From contig CM059432.1 in NCBI GenBank assembly GCA_030390025.1, forward strand, positions 34,350,001 through 34,414,000: DNA of 64,000 nt. Direction: 5' to 3'. The notes beneath the pieces are model-generated. The model was not told where the DNA came from and searched no databases. It worked only from the letters and a program-made list of their open reading frames with translations. Each line of letters starts with the position of its first letter. Positions within the stretch are counted from its first letter, which is position 1. Position numbers and translations under genes: made by a program. This document shows, in pieces, positions 1 through 10,070 of the stretch. The stretch is from Squalus acanthias (lineage: Eukaryota).

Positions 1-161
1 CTGAAAGAGTGGTGGAGGCAGACTCAATCACGGCTTTCAAAAGGGAGTTGGATAAGTACCGGAAGGAAAAAAATTTGCAGGGCTACAAGGAAAGGGAGGG
101 AGAGTGGGACTAGCTGAAGTGCTCTCCTTCTGTGCTGTAACCATTCTATGATTCTATGATT
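1..161 (+). mobile_element. CR1 LINE 3' end
   Basis: End of ORF2-like sequence (gtggtggaggcagactcaatc...ttcaaaagggagttggat) followed by an (ATTCTATG)n tail; similar to 44760-44965. Confidence 0.8.
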
Positions 162-572
162 CAGCTCAGAGCTGGTCAGATTCAGAGAAGCGTCTGAACA
201 GGAAATATAAATGTTCAGCCCGCTATCGGGGACATTGTGGTGTCTTTTGTTATTCTCTATACTACAAGGAGGCTTAGTGTGGGGAGATTTACTTTAATAA
301 AAGCAGAAAATGCTGGGAATAATCTGTGGTTCAAAGACTTGCATTTATATAGTGCCTTATCCCATCTCTCAGAAATCTCTCTAAGTGCTTCACATATAGG
401 TTAATTTGAAGGGCACTGACTGTGCCCAGAACCAGTGACAGTCAATTTGTCCACAACACTGAGATAAAAGACCAATGAATCTGTTTCAGGTGGTGTTGGT
501 TGAGGTCGGAATGTTGGCCAGGAGACTGAGAAAACACCCTGGTCTTCTTCAAATGCTGACATGAGATCATTA

Positions 573-2490
573 AGGCTGAATTTTCCTCTGTTTTGGGACA
601 GATTTGGGATGTTAAACAGAGTAACGTGGATTGTTAAAGACTACTGCCTCAAATCTAACATTAAAAAAGCTGCTCCTGAATTATCCTCAAAAAGATCACC
701 AGTGGCCTTTAAGGCTTAAGTGGTGATTATAGCTGCAGGAAGGCATCCCTGAGGCAGATACCACATTGAGGTGGCCATTTTGTGTCCTGTGACTGAAGGT
801 TGGTGTTACTTTGCCTATATATCGCTCTCCTTAGTGCTTTAGATGTTCAGTCAGGATTTTTGCTGCTAGGTTGACTCAGCTCTACTCAAAGTCCTGCTTT
901 TAATTGGGGACATCTATTCTTATGTTGTGAACAGAGGATGATGAGGGCATGGAAGAGGCTAGATTGGATGCTCTTAGAGTGTGGCATCACTGGAGGTGTC
1001 TCTTCGCTATGTACTTATACCCACTCACTAGGGTCTACAGACCAAGAAGGCCTTGCTTAGACTTTTCTGCCCATTGGTGCCTCAGAAGGCCACTGGAGGC
1101 GATTGGGGAAACATGTCACCTGCTGGATGGAGACGTGCAGCCCATTTCCACCAGGAGAACAGCACTGTACCAATCAACAACAACAACAACAACAACTTGT
1201 ATTTATATAGCGCCTTTAACGTAGTAAAACATCCCAAGGCGCTTCACAGGAGTATTATAAGACAAAAATTTGGGACCGAGCCATATAAGAAGAAATTAGG
1301 GCAGATGTCCAAAAGCTTGGTCAAAGAAGTAGGTTTTAAGGAGCGTCTTAAAGGAGGAAAGAGAGGTAGAGAGGTGGAGAGGTTTAGGGAAGGAGTTCCA
1401 GAGCTTAGGGCCTAAGCAGCTGAGGCACGGCCACCGATGGTTGAACGATTATAGTCAGGAATGCTCAAGTGGGCAGAATTTAAGGAGCGCAGATATCTCG
1501 GGGGTTGTGGGGCTGAAGGAGATTACAGAGATAGGGAAGGGCGAGGCCATGGAGGGATTTTAAAACAAGGATGAGAATTTTGAAATCGAGGCATTGCTTA
1601 ACTGGGAGCCAATGGAGTTGGATAGGTACCTGAAGGAAAAAAATTCACAGGGGTGATGGGTGAACGGGACTTGGTGCAAGTTAGGACATGGGCAGCCGAG
1701 TTTTGGATGACCTGAAGTTTATGTAGGGTAGAATGTGGGAGGCCGGCCAGGAGTGCATTGGAATAGTCAAGTCTAGAGGTAACAAAGGCTTGGATGAGGG
1801 TTTCAGCAGCAGATAAGCTGAGGCAGGGGCAGAGACGGGCAATGTTACAGAGGTGGAAATAGGCGGTCTTAGTTATGCCGCGGATATGTGATCGGAAGCT
1901 CATTTCAGGGTCAAATATGACACCAAGGTTGTGATCAGTTTGGTTCAGCCTCAGACAGATGCTAGGGAGAGGGATGGAGTCGGTGGCTAGGGAATGGAGT
2001 TTGAGGTGGGGACCAAAGACAATGGCTTCAGTCTTCCCAATATTTAGTTGGAGAATATTTCTGCTCATCCAATACTGGATGTCGGACAAGCAGTCTGACA
2101 ATTTAGAGATTGTGGAGGGGTCGAGAGAAGAGGTAGTGAGGTAGAGCTGGGAATCGTCAGCGTACATGTAGGAACTGACGCTGTGTTTTCGGATGATGAA
2201 GCCAAGGGGCAACATGTAGATGAGAAATAGGAGGGGGCCAAGGGTAGATCCTTGGGGGACACCAGAGGTAACGATTCGGGAGCGGGAAGAGAAGCCATTG
2301 CAGGTGATTTTCTGGCTACAATTAGATAGGTAAGAATAGAACCGGGCATGTGCAGTCGAAGTCACCACTTCCCTGGAATAGCTTGTAACTGGATCCTTCC
2401 AGGCAGCACCTGGTGACTTCTGCCTCATTAATCAGGCTGCTCACCACTGCATCGAGATGATCACTGATGAGCTATTCAGGAGAGTTGGGC
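573..2490 (+). mobile_element. Old PIF/Harbinger remnant (left end plus transposase N-terminal fragments), split by an L2 insertion
   Basis: GGCTGAATTTT end-like motif near 573. Peptide RVYRPRRPCLDFSAHWCLRR...TCHLLDGDVQP (~1030-1170) continues after the L2 as AVEVTT..VTGSFQ (2352-), matching the RVYR..CLRR / AVKVT..GSFQ motifs of the 19246 transposase. Confidence 0.65.
1176..2350 (-). mobile_element. L2 LINE, 5'-truncated (RT C-terminal half and 3' UTR)
   Basis: ORF 1598-2428 with GVPQGSTLGPLLF, YADD and SRLDYSNALL; L2-type 3' end ggcgctatataaatacaag(ttg)n at 1176-1215. Confidence 0.9.
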
Positions 2491-3086
2491 AATTCATATA
2501 CTTCTCAATAGAAACAGGCAAACAAAGAGAGTGAGGCCCACAAAGGCCTGTAGAGGAGCACCTTGTGGGGATAAAACCCAAATCAAATTGGTAAATTTAT
2601 AGAGGACCAACTTTATGCACTTGAGAAGTCTTGTCAGAGTGGGACTGGAAGGTTTGAATATGGCTAGGAGAGTGGTGGAACTGTGGAGTTTCTTCAAGGA
2701 ATTCTGAATACAATGAATCAATGTGCACCCATGCAAAGCAAAGGTACCAAGCTTAAACACAATCCTGCCTGGTTAACTGGGATTACCAAGCAACTCATAA
2801 AGAAGAAAAAAAAGCATTTACGAACATGAAGGAAAATGCCACAGAATTGAGACGGATTCAATAACAAAAGGCATGCCTAGAGTGTAAAAAAGGCATCAAA
2901 ATGGCAAAGAAAATTTTCAAATTCGATATGGCCAAAGAAGTGAGGATAATAAAAAGTTTTAAGAACATAAGAACATAAGAAATAGGAGCAGGAGTCGGCC
3001 ATTCGGCCCCTCGAGCCTGCTCCGCCATTCAATAAGATCATGGCTGATCTGATCTTGGCCTCAACTCCACTTTCCCGCTCGCTCCC

Positions 3087-3304
3087 TGACGTAAGAAAAC
3101 TACTAGGCACTTGGTCTAAGCGTTAAACAAAGCTTTAATCAACTGTTTTTCAACATGGAGATCTAGTTGTGTCCTTTACTAGTTCCTGTTGAGGAATGTC
3201 CAAAGCAAGCTGGGCCCATGCCCGAGTATTTATACTCTCCCTGGACAGTGCCACCAGCAGGCCGCCCAGTATTACTTCATACATGAATGACAAGATTCAT
3301 GTCA
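3087..3304 (-). mobile_element. Solo LTR (218 bp)
   Basis: TGAC...GTCA termini, 5-bp TSD CTCCC (3082-3086 / 3305-3309), minus-strand TATAAATA and downstream ATTAAA. Confidence 0.85.
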
Positions 3305-4603
3305 CTCCCCATAACCCTTGACTCCCCTGTAGCTCAAAAATCTGTCTATCTCCGCCTTGAATATATTCAATGACTCCGCCTCCACAGCTCTCTGGGGTAG
3401 AGAATTCCAAAGATTCACGACCCTCTGAGAAGAAATTCCTCCTCATCTCTGTTTTAAATGAGCGCTCCCTTATTCTGAAACTGTGCCCCCTCGTTCTAGA
3501 TTCCCCCACGAGGGGAAACATCCTCTCAGCATCTACCTTGTCGAGCCCCCTCAGAATCTTATATGTTTCAATAAGTTCACCTCTCATTCTTCTAAACTCC
3601 AATGAGTATAGGCCCAACCTGCTCAACCTTTCTTCATAAGACAACCCCTTCAACTCAGGAATCAACCTCGTGAACCTTCTCTGAACTGCATCCATTGCAA
3701 GTATATCCTTCTTTAAATAAGGAGACCAAAACTGTACACAGTACTCCAAGTGTGATCTCACCAACACCCTGTACAGTTATAGCAAGACTTCCCTACTTTT
3801 ATACTCCACCCCCCCCCCCTTGCAATAAAGGCTAACATTCCATTAGCCTTCCTAATTGCTTGCTGTACCTGCATGCTAACTTTTTATGTTTCATGTACGA
3901 GGACACCCAGATCCCTCTGTACCACAGCATTCTGTAGTCTCTCTCCATTTAAATAATATTTTGCTTTTTTATTCTTCCTACCAAAGTGGATAACCTCACA
4001 TTTTCTCACATTATGCTCCATCTGCCAAATTTTTGCCCACTCACTTAACCTATCTACATCCCTTTGCAGACTCTTTGGGCTGGATTTTGCCGGCGCTCAG
4101 AGGGCAGGTTTGGAGGCGGGTCAGGAGGTAAAATCGGAAGTATTGACGACGGGTTCCGATCCCGCCGTCAACCTGCCTCCGTGCAACTTTACCAAAGGCG
4201 GCCTCCCAGACTCCCGATCAGTCCCACCACCAAGCGGTGGGCTAGGCCCTTAAGGCAGTTAACAGCTTGTTAACTGCCTGGATAATGCTATTTTGACAGC
4301 GGTTTTACATTTTGCCACTTTTTCTGCGTGTTCCACGCCGTTCCCAAAACACGCCAGCTGATTGAGCCGGGTTCACAAGTGGCTGCCTTCTTGACAGCTG
4401 CAGCTCCAGCATAAAAACTGAGCTCTCAACAAGGCTCAGTTGCAGGTGGCAGAACTTTGTTTTTTCAGGTCTTGGAAAACTTTTTGCAGGTCTACTGATC
4501 TTGGAAGTGGTGAAGCTGAGATCCATCTCCACTGTGACCTCCTGGGAAAACCCTCTCCCCACATTGACCAAGCACTTCCTCAACTGAGATATCTACCAGC
4601 AGG

Positions 4604-5837
4604 ATGGGAAACATTTATTTCCTTTCATCCTGGTCCTCAGATTCGGAGGAAGAGTAGCCACGGCAGCAGCAGAACCAGGCACAACAGCAGCACCAACAAC
4701 AGGAGCGCCAACCTCCTGCTCACCCACCTGATGCTGCACAGGGCAGAGGGCGTCAGCGCAGGGCTGCACATCACCGCAGGAGATACCCCCAACACAGGGT
4801 TTACAGGCCGAGGATGACCTTCCTCAACATGACTGAGCAGCAGTGCCAAAGGAGGCTGAGACTTTCACGAGAGGTAGTCGGTGACATCTGCGCAATGCTG
4901 TACCAACACCTGGAGCCCAGAGGAACGGGTGGACACCCCTTACCAGTGGCTGTCAAAGTCACCACCGCACTCAATTTTTTTGCTTCAGGGTCCTTCCAGG
5001 GCTCATCAGCAGACATCAGCGGCGTCTCCCAGTCGGCTGCACACACTTGCATCACGCAGGTAACCGATGCCCTCTTTGCAAAGGCGCACAATTACATCCA
5101 CTTCTCCACGGATGAAGCAAGTGTAACTGCGCATGTGGTTGGCTTTGCAAATATGGCAGGCTTGCCAAGTGTGCAGGGCGTCATAGACTGCACACATGTG
5201 GCCCTTAGGGCACCCCATCACAACCCAGCTGTTTTTGTCAACCGCAAGGGCTTCCATTCCCTTAACGTGCAGCTGGTGTGTAACCACAGGAAGGACATTT
5301 TGCATGTTTGCGCGAAGTACCCTGGCAGTTGTCATGACTCGTTCATCCTGCGCCAGTCTAGTGTGCCTCCACTCTTCAATCCGCCAACACAACTTTCCGG
5401 ATGGCTACTTGGAGACAAGGGCTATCCCCCTGAAGACGTGGCTGATGAGGCCGTTGAGGAGGTCATCGAATGAAGCTGAGGAGCGCTACAATACCAGCCA
5501 CATTTCGACCAGATCCATCATCGAGCAAACCATCGGCTTGCTGAAGATGCAATTCAGATGCCTTGACAGATCAGGTGGAGCCCTACAGTACTTAGCAGCC
5601 AGGGTCTCCAGAATCGTCGTGGTCTGCTGTGCACTGCACAACATCACACAGCATCGTGGCTTGCAGCTGCCTGAGGAACAAGTGGCTCAGCACATAGCCT
5701 CCTCAGATGATGATGAGGAGGAGGAGGAGGAGGAGGAAGAAGACCTTGTGGAGGCGGATGAGCCAGCTGCAGCAGCACGCGAGCACCTTGCTGTTCGGGA
5801 TGCAAGGGATGCACTAATCTTTGCCAGATTCGCTTAG
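4604..5837 (+). pseudogene. Harbinger (HARBI1-like) DDE transposase, frameshifted
   Basis: GVIDCTH, HDSFIL, LLGDKGY, then a frameshift in a C-run near 5426-5430, then IEQTIGLLKMQFRCL and CCALHN; acidic tail; start position approximate. Confidence 0.88.
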
Positions 5838-6425
5838 GTAGACAAATCAAACACATGTGACAGGCATCTTCTTATCACACCATAGACAATGGACAAGAAC
5901 CTGTGGTTTCCTATCACTCTCACCACCATCATTACAAATGCAAGTCGCCCTGAGCCCTCAATGTGCAACTTCCATTTCCCAGATCACATAGGCCAGAACT
6001 TCAACTGTTTGCCATCACTTCTGTTTAATCAATGCACAAAAGCATGACAATGGCAAAAATTAAATACAACAGAACACCCAAGTGACTACCCTTGTGACTA
6101 ATTGTGCTTTATCTTCCTCTTACACGTGCTTCTATGTGGTGCTTCCCCTGTGGCTTCAGCAGATGTGGAGGCACCTTGCTCACTTTCATGCTGCTCTTGC
6201 TTCAACACCTTTGGCGGGCATCCTCTGGGTTTGCGAGCCTGTGAGGGCTCGGCAACAGTCTGCTCCTCCTGCGTCTGTGAAGGGCTGAAACGCCCATCTC
6301 AGTTGGGTGAGGACTCTGGTAGGGCTCTGACCGAGGGCTACTCAGTGGCATGGGAGTGTGAGCGCTTGGAGAGGTACCCCTACTTCCTTGTTGCCTGCCA
6401 CCAACATCCCTCTCATGGGTCAGCC

Positions 6426-8058
6426 CTACTTCAGTGCTGACCCATCAGGGGGGCCATGAGGACCCGTATCTGCACTGGCAGTCCTACTCAAAAGGACTTC
6501 CATGAAGCTTTGGTTTCTCTGCTCAATAGCTGCCCATTGCTCCTCCAGAGATGTCAGTCTATTCTGAACATTCACCATGTTTTCCAGACCCTGGTGACTT
6601 ATTTTCTCCATGGCCATAGCCAACCTCTCCTCTACTGTAGCCACCCTTTCCAGAGAGGTAGCCATCCTTACCACGGAGGTAGCCATTCTTTCCACGGAGG
6701 TTGCCAACCTTTCCGTGGTGGTGCGTTCATGCGCCATTGCCTCCACAAAGGCACTGTTCATGTTAGAGTTGGACTCCTCCATCCTCTCCACACTCGCAGT
6801 AACCCTGGAGACAAAACCTGCCAGAAACTCCTGCACTTGTTCCTGTAGTTCCAGCACCACTCTCTTTCTGGATGGACCCGGAGACACAGGGTCGACATGC
6901 AGCTGAGCAGAGCTGGGAGCGCCCTGCACCCTCTGACGAGGACTCTCCACTGTTGTCTCTGTCTCCAACATCTGCTGATTCTCACTTGTGAGCTCTGATA
7001 CACCAGGTGACAACACTACTCTATGTCGCGAAGGTCCCCCCGAGGTGTGCGTATCTGCGCTGGTGCTGGGTGCGCTTAATTCTGCTGACGCTGCGCCCTC
7101 AGAGGTTGCAGGTTCCTCTGAGGTGTCTTCCAGCTCAGGCTCTTCCTCCTGGACAGTGGGGAGGGGGCTGTCGATGGTCCTGTGGGGGAGTAAAAGCATG
7201 AGTTAGACATGTGATATTTACGTAGCATGCACATGGAATTGTGCAGATGATCATAAGTCAATCTGTGAGCATCAGATGCCATATCAGTCACTCATGCAAT
7301 GTAAATGAGAGAGATGCAAATCTATTCTGTCACCAGCTTGCTCTGCTGCGCCCGTCTGACCGTCCCCCACTTCCACATCCTCATCACCTCCAATGATCTC
7401 CAGGGCCGCCTCCTCAGCCTTGGTGAGATGGGCTATGGAAGATGGCCCTCCTCCTGTCTTAACCCTCTCCCTCTTATTGTGGGCTCTCTTTTCCTGCAAT
7501 GAGGGACACAAGTGGAGTTTGAGTGAGAATGATGGAGTGAGTGTAGAGAATCCATAGCATAAATGCTTAGGAGACAAAGATGGAGTGAGGTGCCAAATCC
7601 AAGGGCCCTCCCTGTGCACTGTTAGTTGTTGTCATAGCATCACAGTGATAGCGAGTGTGAGGGCAGCATAGTCGAATAGTGAAGTGATTGTGTACATAGA
7701 GAGAGAGAGGGATGGTTAAGGGTGCAATAGATGTAAGGGTAAAGTGGGATGTGCAGGAGTAGGTTGACAATGCAGAGTGCTGGTGATGAGAGGAGATGAG
7801 GAGCAGACTGAGGTCAGGTGTGATGTTATACTCACTTTTCCTAAGTGGACCAGGTCATTGAACCTTTTTCTGCACTGCACCCAGGTTCGAGCTCACTTCC
7901 TGATCAATTTGCAGCCAGACTGCTTTTGTTTTCTGCGGTGGCTTCTTCCACCCAGAGGATGGGAAGAGTACCTCCCTGCGCCCTCTGACTCCCTCCACAA
8001 GAGCATGGAGGGAGTCATCATCAAATCTGGGAGAGGCCTTGGCCCTTGAGGTAGTCAT
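6426..8058 (-). pseudogene. Harbinger Myb/SANT-like DNA-binding protein, 3 exons (~8058-7836, 7493-7334, 7179-6426), frameshifted
   Basis: PRFDDDSLHALVEGV..WLQI..WVQCRKRFNDL; exon 2 KTGGGP; GT-AG sites; coiled-coil-like C-terminus with short ATSVER repeats. Confidence 0.8.
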
Positions 8059-9012
8059 GGCAGCAGTTGTCACAGGCAAATCCAGCAGCAAATAATGAGA
8101 AAATGAACCAAGGCTGCATGGGCCCCTTAAAAGCAGCTGGCTCACAGACGTCAGCAGAGGCGAGTTACAGACCCCAAACACTAATTGGCCAGGGGAGCGC
8201 ACACGCAGGGACTCAATTGCCCAATTAGGGCAAAATCGCCAATTTTTACCGGCTGAAAGCGGCAGCGGGATCGGCACCCCCCGACCACCTGACCCGCACC
8301 CAACCCGCCACCAATGGGAAAATCGCGGCCTTTGTGTCCTCCTCACAACTTGCTTTCCCACCTATCTTTGTATCGTCAGCAAATTTGGCAACAGTATACT
8401 TGGTCCCTTCATCCAAGTCATTAACATAGATTGTAAATAGTTGAGGCCCCAGCACTGATCCCTGTGGCACCCCACTAGTTACAGTTTGCCAACCTGAAAA
8501 TGTCCCATTTATCCCGACTCTCTGGTTTCTGTTAGTTAGCCAATCCTCTATCCATGCTAATATATTATCCCCAACACTGTGAGTTCTTATCTTGTGCAGT
8601 AACCTTTTATGTGGCACCTTAGCAAATGCCTCTGGAAATCCAAATACACTACATCCACTGGTTCTCCTTTATCCACCCTACTCGTTACATCCTCAAAGAA
8701 CTCTAGTAAATTTGTCAAACACAATTTCCCTTTCATAAAACCATGCTGACTCTGCTTGATTGTATTATGATTTTCTAAATGTCCTGCTACTACTTCCTTA
8801 ATAATGGATTCCAGCATTTTCCCAATGACAGATGTTAGGCTAACTGGGCTATAGTTTCCTGCTTTCTGCCTCCTTCCTTTCTTGAATAGGGACATTACAT
8901 TTGAGGTTTTCCAATCCGCTGGGACCTCTCTAGAATCCAGGGAATTTTGGTAGATTACAACCAACGCATCCACCATCTCTGCAGCTACTTTTTTTAAGAC
9001 CCTAGGATGCAG

Positions 9013-9137
9013 ACATAGAAACATAGAAACATAGAAACTAGGAGCAGGAGTAGGCCATTCGGCCCGTCGAGCCTGCTCCACCATTCAATACGATCATGGC
9101 TGATCATCCAAATCCAGTACCCTGTCCCTGCTTTCTC
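9013..9137 (-). mobile_element. Short CR1 3' end
   Basis: (TTTCTATG)n tail and 3' UTR, closely matching 28765-28880 and 42260-42383. Confidence 0.85.
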
Positions 9138-9431
9138 ACACATAATCCCCATCGAGCCTGCACCGACACATATCCCACCCTATCCCCGTAACCCCACGTA
9201 TTTAATTCCCCCTAACATATCCCTTCCTATCCTATCCCCGTAACCCCACATATTTAATCCCCCCCTAACACTAAGGGTCAATTTATCATAGCCAAATCAA
9301 CCTAACCCGCACATTTTTGGACTGTGGGAGGAAACCGGAGCACCCGGAGGAAACCCACACAGACACGGGGAGAATGTGCAAACTCCACACAGACAGTCAC
9401 CAGTGCTAACCACTATGCCACCGTGTTGCCC
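9138..9431 (-). mobile_element. tRNA-derived V-SINE (HE1-like), internally deleted
   Basis: Head ggcaacacggtggcatagtggttagcac (A-box) and the V-domain-like block ggactgtgggaggaaaccggagcacccggaggaaacccac; family name assigned from memory. Confidence 0.75.
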
Positions 9432-9505
9432 CCATCAAATCTGGGAGATTAGGCCTAGGCCGTTCAGTGGTTATGTCAGAAAGCAGTTCATCACACAAAG
9501 GGTAG

Positions 9506-10032
9506 TGGGGGGAGTAAAAAGAAATGTTGTAGTGGTAGGGGATAGTATCATTAGGGGGATAGATAGGGTTCTTTGCAGCCAAGAGCGAGAGTCCCGAAGG
9601 CTGTGTTGCCTGCCCGGTGCCAGGGTTAAGGACATCTCCTCTGGGCTGGAGAGAAACTTGGAGTGGGAGGGGGAGGATCCAGTTGTCGTGGTCCATGTTG
9701 GTACCAATGACATAGATAGGACAAGGAAAGAGGTTCTGCTGAGGGAGTTTGAGCAGCTAGGGGCCAAATTAAAAAGCAGAACCTCGAGGGTAATAATCTC
9801 TGGATTACTACCTGAGCCACGAGCAAATTTGGCTAGGGTAAATAAAATCAGGGAGTTGAATGCGTGGCTCAAAGACTGGTGTGGGAAAAATGGGTTTTGC
9901 TTCTTGGGACACTGGCACCAGTACTGGGGCAGGAGAGAGCTGTTCCGTTGGGACGGACTTCACTTGGCCAGTGCTGGGACTAGTGTCCTGGCGAATCGAA
10001 TAACTAGGGCTGTGGAGAGGGCTTTAAACTAA
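9506..10032 (+). CDS. CR1 ORF1 SGNH/GDSL esterase domain (N-terminally truncated)
   Basis: VVVGDSIIRG, LPGARVKD, VHVGTND and DGLHL blocks. Confidence 0.85.
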
Positions 10033-10070
10033 TTAGTGGGGGGGAGGTTTCAAGAGAGCAAAAAATAAAA

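Larger units (their letters stand above)
4077..8330 (+). mobile_element. PIF/Harbinger DNA transposon H1, full length but decayed
   Basis: Imperfect TIRs GGGCTGGATTTT / AAAATCGCGGCC; TSD TTT; the flanking CR1 rejoins (gactcTTTgtgtcc); convergent transposase and Myb genes. Confidence 0.92.
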
